Numbered from the stretch's first letter, positions 34,820 to 48,649 are shown. The stretch is DNA of 64,000 bases from Octopus sinensis (GCF_006345805.1 NC_043003.1:12834001-12898000); one strand, 5' to 3'. The notes: generated by a model from the sequence alone, not told the origin. A program made the numbers and translations.

Positions 34820-37800
34820 GTAGAGGAGTAGGGGCTGAAACCGGACGTGGTTTCTTCTGATGATGTCATTAGCCACTGGACCCTATAAAGGAGCTGTTGA
34901 GGTAGCAAACCATGAAATGTTGGAATTCCTATGTGTGAGTGTGTCTGTGTGTGTATATGCCATATGTGCATATTATTGTGTTTATATGGTCAACCCGGGA
35001 ACCTCAAATAGAGAATTCCTGGAATGTCTTTAAAATTTTACTTTACCACTAATCAGTTATATTTGAAGAATGTGAATCAGTTTGCTTTGTTCTTTCTTGG
35101 AAAAAACCCAGCATTTCTAGACTTTTATGCAAATCAGCACCATTCGAGTGTGGTTTTTGCCAGTGCAGCCTGACTGGCACCTGTGCCGGTGGAACGTAAA
35201 AAGCACCATTCGAGTGTGGTCATTGCTAGTGTAGCCTGACTGGCACCTGTGCTGGTGGCACGTAAAAAGCACCATTTGAGTGTGGTCGTTGCTAGTGCAG
35301 CCTGACTGGCACCTGTGCTGGTGGCACGTAAAAAGCACCGTTCGAATGTGGTCGTTGCTAGTGCCACCTGACTGGCTTCTGTGCTGGTGGCATGTAAGAT
35401 GCACCATTCAAGCATGGTCAATGCCAGTACCGCCTGGCTGGTACCTGTGCTGGTGACACTTAAAAAGCACCATTTTAGCGTGGTCAATGCTAGTGCCACA
35501 TGACTGATCCTGTGCTGGTGGCATGTAAAAAGTGTGTGTGTGTGTATATGTATAATGATGTCTCTGTGTGTGTATGTATGTGTATGCACCTGTCTGGATG
35601 CATATGTGTGTATGTTTATGTACATATGTATGATTGTGTGTGTGTGTGTGTAAATTCATATACGGATGGCTGAAAATCCATTGCTTTTTTCAAATAATAA
35701 ACTTTTGGTGCAGTGTTTCATATGACTATACACTGAAAATATAGAGGGTCTACAGTTTATACATACACATATCCATATGTATATATATGTGTGTGTATGT
35801 ATAAAACATATATTCAAGTGTCCTTTCAGTGGATTTAAATGAAAAATATTTGGGAATGCTTTATAGATGTTCATTGTTCATGTAAAGTGTTTCTTATAGT
35901 AGGTTTAGTTTTGAGTTATTATTTTCCTGTGTTAACGTTATCCCAAAGGTACTAAAATCGAAATCGATCAACATCAATGGAAATTGTAGCTGTGATACCA
36001 GATACACGTAAGCGAACCATCCGAACGTGGCCGTTGCCAGCCTCGCCTGGACCCGTGCCGGTGGCACGTAAAAAGCACCATCCGACCGTGGCCGTTTGCC
36101 GGCCCTGTCTGGCAACTGTGCCGGTGGCACGTAAAAAGCACCCACTACACTCACGGAGTGGTTGGCATTAGGAAGGGCATCCAGCTGTAGAAACATTGCC
36201 AGATCAGACTGGGCCTGGTGCAGCCTTCTGGCTTCCTAGACCCCAGTTGAACTGTCCAACCCATGCCAGCATGGAAAGCGGACACTAAATGATGATGTGT
36301 TACATTCATCATCATCATCATCGTTTAATGTCCGCTTTCCATGCTAGCATGGGTTGGACAGTTTGACCGGGTTCTGGGAAGCCAGAAGGCTGCACCAGGC
36401 CCAGTCTGATCTGGCAATGTTTCTACAGCTGGATGCCCTTCCTAATGCTAACTGCTCCGTGAGTGTAGTGGGTGCTTTTTACGTGGCACTGGCACAGGGG
36501 CCAGAGGAAGCTGGCAAACAGCCACGATCGGTTGGTGCTTTTATGTGTCACCAACACTAACGCCAGTCGGGTGGCACTGGTAGCTGCCACGTTCAGATGG
36601 TGCTTTTAACGTGTCACCGGCACAGGTATCTTAACTACAATTTCCATTTGATTTTCATTTTGATGTTGGTGTTAACATACTTGACTTAATAGGTCTCCTC
36701 AAGAACAGCAGATCACTCTATGGAGGAAAAATAGTTGGGGAAGATGTGGTTGAACTGGTAGGCTGGTGGCAAGTCTTTGGTGATGTTTTGTTTGTTTGAG
36801 GTCCGTTACATCAGGCAAGGCAGAGGCTGGTCCTTTTTAGAATATTCAGACATTTTTATATAAGTCATTTTGTCATGTGTTACTTCTACATCATTGCCCC
36901 CACCCCACCTTCCCCAACTATTGCTAATGACTCAATTGAGAATCGAGGGTGGTGCCTGATGTCAGCCAGGCAGCCTGAAGCAAAGCAGCCATGTACTCTT
37001 TTGTGCCGGGAAGCAAACACAGACGAATCTTGTAGTCAGGTTTGAATTCTTTACCATGTGGCCAAATGTGCTATCTCTATTTACCTTCAGTTCCCACTGT
37101 ATTCTGTGCCCTCTTCGAGCTGATCCCCCCCGCCTCCATTTGCCAGCATTATTATAGGGTATGAAATGTTTTTGTCCGGCTGTTTTAGTGCCATTGTTGA
37201 TGATTTGATGCTGACTTACTTGACATCAGATATCTTAACGGTTCTCTTATTTTTATGTTTCTCTCCTTCCCCCTGCTCTCCCTCTTTGCGTTTAACTCCT
37301 TAGCATTCAGCTCACTCTATCAAATATAATGCTTATACATTCATATTGTCTTGAACTGATCATGTAATATCTTGTAGCTCAAAAGTTTTCAGTAATGTAA
37401 TTGTTCAATTTTAGACTGACATTGTAGGATAAGTGTGAAAGGCCAGATTTGGCCAGTTTGAACATAAAAAAAAAGGTAAAATAGTTTGGCTGGATATGGC
37501 CGGTTAAACCCTTTCACCTTCAGAGTACCCGGTCAAATGTAATGCTTATTTATTCACACTGCTTTGAAATAATCATGCATTATATCATAGCTCTGAGATT
37601 TCAATGATTTGATTGTATATCTTTAGAATGACATTGTAGAACAGGTATAAGAGGTTAGATCAGGCTGGTTTGAATATAGAACCAGTAAAATGTGTTTAGG
37701 CTGGATTGGTTGGTTTAGGGTTTCTCTTTATGTGTGTCAATATGTCCAGTGATTTGCTGTTTACTGCAGGGGAAAGGTGTTTTGATTGTCTGTAAATTCC

Positions 37801-40099
37801 TTCAGTCTGCTTTTCACTTCACCATCGTCCAGTGTTTTAAATCTGGGTTTTGTCCCCGTTAATGGGGTTGGCCGGATCTACCTCAGTGCCATGGCAACTG
37901 TGGTATGCAGGTGCAGCCCACCCCAACCTTTGGGCTGGCTGGTGTCCATTCTCCTTTGCTATCATGAGGCTTTTTTGGAGTTGGATTTTCTACAGGCAGC
38001 ATGTCCTTGCTTACCCCTAACCTCAGTTTCTAGACATGAGTGGTCCCTAGACCAAAGCCTCTACCATGCTTTTTAAGAAATGCAGTGGAAAACTAGCTCG
38101 GGAAGGCAGGGATGTTACTCCTTGAGACCCCTTTCAGAGCCACTTGTGCAATAATAGTATGTCTGCTGTTCGATGGTGGGAAATAGGGGTTGGCAGAAAA
38201 GAGGTTTCTAATGGCAAGGTATAGAAGGATTTTTGGGTTACCTTTCGCTCGACGGGCAATCAGTTTATCAGGAGAGGGGAAAATGGTGGTGTCAATTGTG
38301 TTTAATAATTTGTGTCTTTCTTTCCCTCTCCCTCCCCCTCTCTGTCTCTCTCTCTCTCCCTCCTTGTCCCTCCCCTCTCTCTGTTTATGTATGTAAGCAT
38401 ATTTCTCTTTATATGTGTGAAGAGAAGTAAAGCCATTTATGTTATTCATGGTCAATATATTATAATCTCTCTCTCTCTCTTTCACTCTTTCTATCTCTAT
38501 CTGTATATTTCTGCACATGTGTATGTGTGTGTGTGTTTGTGTGTTTGCTTCTAGTGCTAAAAAGCACTTTTGCCAAAACAGTCTGAAAGTCCAGTCGATC
38601 GGGGCCAATTTTCAGAATCCAAACTGCTGCATCGAACCATCTCATTCCAGTCATTACCATCATCCAAATAAGCACCATTATTGTTATCACTAATAATAAT
38701 AATAATGATAATAATTATAATAATAATAATAATCTTATCATTACCATGACTGGTTCCATTCATTCATCATTAAAAATCTTGTTTTTGCATGTGAATTTTT
38801 TTTTACTTTCTTTTCTTTTACAAAAAAGCTACTAACCATTTTTTTGTCGCTTTGTCTGTCTTTGTAACCATTAACCCTTTAGCATTGATATTATTCTGTC
38901 AAATTTAATCTGTATTTATTCACATTGTTTTGAATTAATCATGCATTTTCTTGTGTCATCAATATTTCAATGATGTAATTGTTTATTTTTTAGAATGACA
39001 TTGTAGGGTAGGTGTGAGAGACCAGATCAAATTTCATCCTTATTTATCCACCTTGTTTTGAATTAATCGTGCATTACCTTGTATCTTTGAGATTTCAGTC
39101 AGTGATGTAATTGTTTATTTTTAGAATGACATTGTAAGTTAGGTGTGAGAGGCATGATCCGGTCCAGTTTGAACATAAAACCCAACAGAATATTTAGGCC
39201 AGTCATGGTCAGTTTAAATGCTAGAGGGTTTGATGAATATGCAAATATCACGTTAGAAAGATCTAATGTTTCTTATTTAATATTAATTTTATTAAATTAT
39301 TTTAAGTACGTTTCATTTCTAAAATGTTTGTTTCTTGGGTGCAGGACAATTCAACACCACCAACTCAACACCAGAACAGCTCCATACCAAGACAACTTAA
39401 TTAATAAATAATTTATTCGTTTTATAACTTCATTTGTTTTATAACATTATCAGACAGGCGTAGGAGTGGCTGTGTGGTAAGTAGCTTGCTAACCAACCAC
39501 ATGGTTCTGGGTTCAGTCCCACTACGTGGCACCTTGGGCAAGTGTCTTCTACTATGGCGTCGGGCCGACCAAAGCCTTGTGAGTGCATTTGGTAGATGGA
39601 AACTGAAAGAAGCCCGTCGTATATATGTATATATGTGTGTGTGTTTGTGTGTCTGTGTTTGCCCCCCCCCCCAACATCGCTTGACAACAGATGCTGGTGT
39701 GTTTACGTCCCCGTAACTTAGCGGTTTGGCAAAAAAGAGACTGATAGAATAAGTACTAGGCTTACAAAGAATAAGTCCTGGGGTCGATTTGCTCGACAAA
39801 AGGCGGTGCTCCAGCATGGCCACAGTCAAATGACTGAAACAAGTAAAAGAGTATTTGTTTTATAACATTATCATTTATAAAATATTAATTTAATACGACA
39901 TAAATTTTAAAATTCAAATAAAAGTAATTGAGAAACTATACATTCTTAATACAAGGCTAAAATTTGAATTAGCAATTTACTGAAAGTTAAGTTCTATATG
40001 CCCATGGGCATATGGTGTAGTGGTCAAGAGTATGGGCTACTAGCTCCAAGATTCCGAGTTCGATTCCAGGTAGTGACCTGAATAATAATAATAATAATC

Positions 40100-41195
40100 A
40101 TCATCATCATCATCGTTTAATGGCCGTTCTCCATGCTAGCATGGGTTGGACGGTTCGACCGGGCATCTGGGAAGCCAGAAGGATGCATCAGGCTCCGGTC
40201 TTATCTGGCAATGTTTCTACAGCTGGATGCCCTTCCTAACGCCAACCACTCCGTGAGTGTAGTGGGTGCTTTTTACATGCCACCTGCACTGGTGCCAGGC
40301 GAGGCTGGCATCGGCCATGGTCGGATTGGTGCATTTTATGTGCCACCGGCACAGAAACCAGTCGAGGCGGCACTGGCTTCGGCCACGATTCGGATGGTGC
40401 TTTTTACGTGCCACCAACACGGAAGCCAGTCGAGGCGGCGCTGGCATCGGCCACGATTCGGATAGTGCTTTTTACGTATCTCCAGTCCAGGGGTCCTGGC
40501 ATCTGCTGGGTGCCAGTCATAGGATTGGTTCAATCTCGATTTCGATTCCGATTTCACTTGCCCCAACAGGTCTTCGCAAGCAAAGGGGGGTTGGCATAGG
40601 TGCCTGTCGTCGGATGAGGTTCGATATCGACTTTGCTTGCCTCAACAGGTCTTTGTGTGTCCAAGGGAGGAAAAGCATGCATAAGTGGGCTGGACTCACT
40701 TGTCCTGCCTGGTCTTCTCACGCACAGCATATTTCCAAAGGTCTCGGTCGCTGGTCATTTCCTCATTGAGACCTAAAGTTTGAAGGTCGTGCTTCACCAC
40801 CTCGTCCCAGGTTTTCCTGGGTCTACCTCTTCCATGGGTTCCCTCCACTGCTAGGGATTGGCACTTTTTCACACACCTATCTTCATCCATTCTCGCCACA
40901 TGACCATACCAGCGCAATCGTCTCTCTTGCACACCACAACTGATGCTTCTTAGGTCCAACATTTCTCTCAGGGTACTAACGCTCTGTCAAGTATGCACAC
41001 TGACATTACACATCCATCGGAGCATACTGGCTTCATTCCTTGCGAGCTTACGCATGTCCTCAGCAGTCACGGCCCATGTTTCACTGCCATGTAGCATGGC
41101 TGTTCATACACATGCATCATACAGTCTGCCTTTTACTCTGAGCGAGAGGCCTTTAGTCACCAGCAGAGGTAAGAGCTCCCTAAACTTTGCCCAAG
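40100..41195 (-). mobile_element. 5'-truncated RTE-clade LINE: RT C-terminus, 3' UTR with ~60-bp tandem repeats, conserved end and (GAT)n tail
   Basis: Minus-strand ORF ...RRLRWYGHVARMDEDRCVKKC...GTHGRGRPRKTWDEVVKHDL...DRDLWK... is the typical RTE end, and it is continuous with the gttaggaagggcatccagctgtagaaa...cgatgatgat terminus. Confidence 0.9.
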
Positions 41196-42288
41196 CTATT
41201 CTGGTAATGTTGTAAAATGAGTAAAGATATAAAACAAATAAATTATTTATTAATCAATATTCCTGGTGTTGAGTCAGGAGTGTTGAATTGGCATTGGTGA
41301 GTTGTCCCTATTTTTTGTTTCTTTGCTGTTATGCTAATTCATTTTAGTCAGATTATTATTATTATTATTAAGGCATTGAGTTGACAGAATCGTTAGCATG
41401 CTGGGTGGAATGCTCAATGAATTTCATCAAATCAAAATCGCCGACGTGGGCAATGACTACTGCCTGATTGGCACTCATATCAGTGGAACGTTAAAAGCAC
41501 ATCTCAGTGTGATTATTGCAAGGGCCATGGACTGGCTCCCGTGCTGGTGGCATGTAAAAAGCACCATTCAAGCATGATCATTGCCAGTGTCGCCTTACCT
41601 TTACGTGCTGGTGGCATGTGAAAAACAACATTCGAGCGTAGTTGTTGCCAGTGGTGCCAGACTGGCTCCTGTGCAGGTAGCATGTAAAACACACCTTTTG
41701 AGTGTGGTCGTTGCCAGAACTGCCTGATAGGCCCTCGTGCCAGTGGCACGTAAAAGCACCCACTACACTCTCAGAGTGGTTGGCATTAGGAAGGGTATCC
41801 AGCTGTAGAAACTTTGCCAGATCAGATTGGAACCTGGTGCATCAGGTCGAGTGGACCATTCCACTCAAAAGGCCACTAATTATTATTGTTATTATTATTA
41901 TTATTATTAGGCAATTCCTAAGAAGGTGACTTTACCTTTCATCCTTTTGGGGTCAATAAGTACCACTTGAGTACTGGGGTCAGTGTAATTGACTAACCTC
42001 CTCCTGCAAGGTCTTGAGCTTTTTGTCTATAATAGAAAGAATTAGAGGTGGCAAGCAATGTTTCATTGCATTTCTTCTGGCTTTGCGTTCTGTGTTCAAA
42101 TTCCACTGGGATTATCTTCCCTTTCATTCTTTTGGGATCAACAAAATAAGTACCAGTTGATCACTAGGGTTGATGCAGTTGGTTAGGCTTTCCCCTAAAA
42201 ATTGCCTTTCATCCTTTTGGTGTCAATGGAGTTAGGGTTAAGCGCTGTTAAGCTCTACAAAATTTCAGGTCGCCCTAAAGTAGATAGG

Positions 42289-42320
<32 letters not shown>

Positions 42321-43631
42321 CCATAGGTAGCAAGCTGGCAGAATTGTTAGCATGCTGGGCGAAATGCTTAGCGGTATTTCATCCGTCTTTACGTTCTGAG
42401 ATCAAATTCCACCGAGGTCAACTTTGCTTGTCATCTTTTCAGAGTTCATAAATCAAGTACCAGTCAAGTATTGGGGTCGATGTGATTGACTGTCCCCCCC
42501 TCTCCATAAAAAACCAGGCCCTGTGCCTATAGTAGAAAGGATTATTATTATTATTATTTATCTTTGTCATCACCATCATCATCATCGTCATCATCTGAAT
42601 ATTTTCCTGCCTTGATCCTAATGTCATCAATATATATCCAAGCTTTATAATTCGCCTTATTGTCTTGTTTGCTCTGTACTTCACTGAAATGGCTATATGT
42701 AACAAACATATTTTGCTCCTTTCTTTTTATCATTATTATTGTTATTATTGTTTTGCTCTGTATGAAATTGCATGTTATATATATATATACACACACATAT
42801 AGGTACAATGTTGACTTTCTGGACACTGATGGTTCGGAACCTCTTGTAATCCATACTAATTTACAAGCAGGAACTTCAAATTCCTGCAGCCACCAGACTA
42901 GTTTAGTGCGGTGCTTTGCAACCTTTTTTCACCTGCGATACACTTATATTCCTTTCAGAATCCGGCAGCACACCTGAACTAAAAATATAATTAAAAGTAT
43001 AGGGAAAAAAAATTATGTTCAGGTTACACTGCGGCACACCTAGCATCGTCTAGTGGCACACCAGTGTGCCATGGCATACCGGCTGCAGAGCTTTGGTTTA
43101 ATGGTACCTTGCACATTATAGTATTAATAAACTTGTTTAGCATGCTGGGCGAAATGCTTATCGGCATTTCGTCTGTCTTTACGTTCTGAGCTCAAATTCT
43201 GCTAAGGTTGACTTTGCCTTTCAGGGTTGATAAATTAAGTATCAGTTGTGTACTGAGGTCGATCTAATCGACTTGCCCCTCTCCCCCAAAATTTTGGGCC
43301 TAGAGTAGAAAAGAGTATTAATTTACTTGTATCATTTATACTGATATACAGATACCTATATTTCAAATAATTATTTAATTAAATTTAATATTTATTTAAT
43401 TTAGCACGTGTTGACCAAAGTGACCTTTATTGGTTTGGAAAAAATAATCAGTAAACCAGAAAGGCTTTGGAAGCAAAGGTCCTAGAAAGACAATGTTGTA
43501 CCTGTATATATATATATATATATATAAATAAACAATCTTTGCTGCTGCAAAGCTATTGTATCCTACATTTATTTATCAGTATCTTTTGTTCTCTTTTCCT
43601 TCCCTTTCATTCATTTTGGAATGGTTACCAG

Positions 43632-43706
43632 ATGCCGGGAGGGATGAGCCTCGTTGCTGGACAAGTTCAACCGCAGATGGCTATGGATCAAGGCCAGACT
43701 AACATG
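43632..43706 (+). CDS. MED25: MED25 linker exon: MPGGMSLVAGQVQPQMAMDQGQTNM
   Basis: Acceptor ggttaccag|, donor ATG|gtaggt; 75 nt, phase 0-0; M/Q/G-rich. Confidence 0.82.
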
Positions 43707-45402
43707 GTAGGTCCAGTTTCTAAATTAATCTCATGTTATTTTAACTTTTATTTTAGTTTGTTTGTATTTTACTTTTTCATTTTACATAATCATAAAAAGA
43801 CAAAATAAAAAAAAAGAAGAGAAAAATAAAACGAAAACAAAAGAGCAGTTTCTCTTCTTTGTTAGATAACAAGGTAGAGTGAATATGTCTGGAAATTCTG
43901 AAATTTATATGGATGTTCATGAAGTAATTTATTCCAAGTATTTTACTTCATCATCATTTAACATCCTTTTTCCAGTCTTGCATGGATAGGACAGGATTTT
44001 TTGAGGTATATTTTCAATGGTCAAATGGTATTTAACCAAGGACTCTAGTGCTTGTACCAGACCCACCATGGTGACCATTTAGCATTCACATTATTCCGTC
44101 AAATGTAATGCTTATTTATTCACATTGTTTTGAATTAATCATGCATTATCTCAGCTTCTAGGTGCAGTCCCATGGTCATTCATGACCAAAGGGGTCCCTA
44201 AAATATCATAGCTTCAGGATGTCGATAATGTGATTATTTAATTTAATGAATGACATTGTAGCATAGAAGTGAGAGGATGGATGCGGTCAGTTTGAGCATA
44301 AAACAATAAGAATATTTGGGCTGGATATGGCCAGTTTAAATGCTAAACAGTCAAAGTATGTAATTACATAAATTCTTTAATAATGGGAGGGTGTGTGATT
44401 AGTGTATGAGATTTTTCTGTAATCAACTGGCTCCTTTCCCTAAAACTGCTGACCTCATGCTAAATTCGAAACAGTTAATCTTGTATTAACCCTTTCATTA
44501 CTGTATTTTTATATGCTCTGTATTTCTTTCAGTTATTTTAAATATAACAAAGAATTTAGTGAAATAACTTAGTTATCATTAAGCTTATGTTAGGAACATA
44601 AATTGTGACTAAGGTTTGGTGGAAGATTTTAATTCAAAACTTATGAAAACAAGACATTTGTACTACAGAGCCAGAGGCGGTTTCAGCCAGGTTGGTATCA
44701 AAAGGGTTAAGAATTGTTTATTATATATTTTAACCATTTTGTTACCATATTTCTGTTGAGATGCTCTGTGTTTCTTTCAATTACTTTAAATATAACAAAG
44801 AATTTAGTAAAATAACTTAGTTATCATTAAGCTAATGTTAGGAACATAAATTGCAACTAAGGTTTGGTGGAAGATTTTAATTCAAAACTTATGAAAACAA
44901 GACATTTTGTACTACAGAGCCAGAGCCAGTTTTGGCCAGGTTGGTAACGAAAGGGTTAATTATCTTACACTACTTTAGAAGAATTTAATAATATCCAGAT
45001 TTGGAGAACCTTGGTTTGTTCAGACAATTCTAGACAATACCATTCATTCATTTTTTTTCTTGTTCAGTGTTGTATTGTTTTCTATTAAAACAGTTTTTAT
45101 TCTACATCTACCTACATACCTCATTTTCCAATCTCTCTCTATATATATCCTTTAAATATTTTCTTTTTCTTGCCTGTTTTTCCTTTACCTCACCATTCCT
45201 CTACCTGTGTGGCTAATTACACCTGATGCCTTCTTTACCAAATATTCTCTCCTCATGTCACATATTGCAAAGACTTGCCTATTGGTACCACATTTACAGT
45301 TTCTCTTTCTGCTTTCCTTGCATGTTTTTCTCACTAAGATCACAATCTCTTTCTCTGAAGAGTTTGAATAAAACTAATGCTATAAAAATGTTCTTAATTA
45401 AG

Positions 45403-45628
45403 CAATTGCAGCATGGAAGGTGTTTATAAGCCATTTAAGAAACACACAAAAACCGTTAGATTCACTTCAACATTTCAATATAATTTGTCAAAATATTTTC
45501 GTTGCTTTGAGACTGCGACCTGTTCACTGACAAAACTCCATGCTGCATTAAATTTAAATGTTGAAGTGAATCTAACGGTTTTTGTGTGTTTCTTAAATGG
45601 CTTATAAACACCTTCCACGCTGCAATTG
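45403..45628. mobile_element. MITE-like element with 73-bp inverted repeats
   Basis: 45403-45475 is the reverse complement of 45556-45628 with 1 mismatch; 80-nt spacer. Confidence 0.8.
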
Positions 45629-46207
45629 TTTTCATTCCAGCACACTATCTCAGATCAGGTCACTTGCTATGCAAGTACATCTCCATAATTCCTGTTCTTA
45701 ATTACTATACAATTTAATTACCATACAGTATTACACCTCTATTATTTGACTTCTGTTTTTTTTACAACAGATTTCTATTATTGCATTTTCTGAGTTAATA
45801 TCCAGGTATATTTCAGCTGGACTGAGATGTAAAGAAAAAGAGCAGTTAAAACCCTGTTTTACAAAAGAATATACAATTAAGTTGTAGACAAAAGACAATG
45901 ATACATGCTTTTTTTTTGTTCAGTCTGAGGAAGTCCCAATTAAGCAGATTTATGGTCAATAGTGTTCTGGTTGAGACCATCCTGTCTTTGCCTGAGTAGA
46001 TTTACAGTCAAAAGCATGCCGGGCGAAATGTTTAGCAGTATTTCATCTGCCGCTACGTTCTGAGTTCAAATTTTTCCGAAGTCAACTTTGCCTTTCATCC
46101 TTTTGGTGGGGTTGATAAATTAAGTACCAGTTATGTATCGGGGTCGATCTGATCGTCTCCCCCCCAACTCCCATGAAATTTCAGGCCTTGTGCTTATAAT
46201 AGAAAGG

Positions 46208-46261
<54 letters not shown>

Positions 46262-48510
46262 TTTCTTGAGAAGTATAGGTAGGATGAGCCTTCAAATTTA
46301 GATATTTGTTTGATGTTGTTGAAATAGTTTATGGCTGGATATTTTCCTTAATGTTTATTTTTCCACCGTCAGTTGTATAGACTCTGAAAGTAGATCAATT
46401 AATTTCCTGTATAAGGATGTGAAATGATGCCTGTGGCATTTTTTCTTTGGTAATCAAATACCTTTGTTACCAGTGGTCTAAGACTTCTGATTCTTAATTC
46501 TTCTCAGTGTCAATTTTTCAACCATCAGTAGTGGTTGTGAGCTCCCCACCCTTTTGTTTTCTCTAACTTTTTTCTTTTTAGCTGTATAGACTCTGGAATT
46601 AGATCAATTAACTTCTGTATAAGGATGTGAAATGATGCTTGTGGCATTTTTTTTTTGTAATCAAGTACCTTTTTACCAGTGGTCTAAAACTTCTGATTCT
46701 TAACTCTTACCCTCACTCAATCGCTATACCTCCACTGTTCAAAAGCTGTCTCTTCAACACCTCTGTGTCACTAACCACCCAACTTGCACCTATCTAACCC
46801 ATTCAAAAGCTTTGTCCGGTCCTATATTTCTATCACATCTTTCACTCAATTTGCACTTGTCCGAAACTTAACCTTATGCCTACTACTAACCTACAGTAAG
46901 CAACATTGCATTTTCTATCCCTGACTCACTGCACACCTTGCATGCAAACAATAAACACTGCACTCAGTATCAACATAACACTAGCCCTCAGTTGCACATC
47001 GCTATTAGCCTACTGTTTCTTATTTCTTTACTACCCACAAGGGGCTAAACATAGAGGGGACAAACAAGGACAGACAAACGGATTAAGTCGATTACATCGA
47101 CTCCAGTGCGTAACTGGTACTTAATTTATGACTCCGAAAGGTTGAAAGGCAAAGTCGACCTCGGCAGAATTTGAACTCAGAACGTAAAGACAGACGAAAT
47201 ACCTATTTCTTTGCTACCCACAAGGGGCTAAACACAGAGGGGACAAACAAGGACAGACAAACGGATTAAGTCGATTATATTGACCCCAGTGCGTAACTGA
47301 TACTTATTTAATTGACCCCAAAAGAATGAAAGGTAAAGTCGACCTCGGCGGAATTTGAACTCGGAACACAATGGCAGACGAAATACCGCTAAGCATTTCG
47401 CCTGGTCTGCTAACATTTCTGCCAGTTCGCTGCCTTCAGTATTATCCTACTGTTACAGTTAACCACTCACCTCACCTAACTTCTTCCACTGTGGAGGCAT
47501 GTGGGTTAGTGGTTAGGGTGTTGGACTCATTATCATAAGATTGTGATTTCGATTCCCGGACCGGGTGACACATTGTGTTCTTGAGCAAAACACCTCATTC
47601 CACATTGCTCCAGTCCACTCAGTGTGGCTTAGTAGTTAGGGAGTCAGACTCATGATTATAAGATTGTGGTTTCAATTCCTGGACTGGGTGACATATTGTG
47701 TTCTTGAGCAAAACACTTCATTTCACATTGCTCCAGTCCACTCAGCTGGCAAGAATGAATTGTACCTGTGATGGACCAGCGTCCCGTCCAGGTGGGGAAT
47801 ATATACACCATGGGAACTGGGAAACCGGCCCTTATGATTTGGCATGACTCGAGAAGGTTACCTTTACCTTTTACTTTCTTCCACTCCGCTATACTTCTAC
47901 CAATAAACCACCACTCCTCTACTGGTCAACTGATGCAGTTTCATCACCCATCAGTTAAAACTCTTGCTGTCACACCATTTGGTCCTCAAATGCTGTTGCT
48001 CGACACCACCCAGATTCTGCTCCACAGCGTCACACAACCAATTGTACTTCAAACACTCAACCACCGCACCCCTATCATTCACTTAACACACTATGTGCAC
48101 TCAATCACCTTCCTTTACTGCTTGGAACCGTAATATTTACCTCTTAAATTCCTACATCTGTAAACCACACAGCTGTTACATCTTGCATGTCTCTCAGTAA
48201 CCTCCTCATCCTTATAACAGATATAAACATGTAGAAGCACCAAGCTTGCTATTTCTGAAGCATTGCATTTCACCATTTAGCCGTCTTTTTCCCGAGCTCT
48301 CCACGTTCACCTTATCGGCCAGGGCACCTGTATACACTTTTTGCAAGAATCACAATTCTACATCACCACCACAATAACAACAACAACCACTGCTGTACCA
48401 ACATCACACCTCCTACCCTCTTTCTCTCAAACAATTCACCTGTCTTAAATTTACGAAAAATGTGAAAATTAAAAGCTTTTGCCCTTGTTATCCATCTTGT
48501 GTGTTTTCAG

Positions 48511-48610
48511 GCCAAAATCCAGCAAGCCGTGAAAGCCAAGGAGATGCAAGCCATGGGGAATGAACCTCCTGCAAAACGTCAAGTGATGGATGTTCGACAA
48601 CCCTTGCTTG
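48511..48610 (+). CDS. MED25: MED25 exon: AKIQQAVKAKEMQAMGNEPPAKRQVMDVRQPLL
   Basis: Acceptor gtgttttcag|, open phase-0 frame. The donor is most likely G|gtttgt at 48611 (phase 1); a weaker CAA|gtgatg at 48583 is possible. Confidence 0.78.
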
Positions 48611-48649
48611 GTTTGTGTTGTTCACTACTCACCAGTCACTGATATAATA

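Noticed and set aside
34790-34880. PPR-like peptide MVEE*GLKPDVV
   Set aside because: A single short match interrupted by a stop, with no tandem motifs; likely chance.
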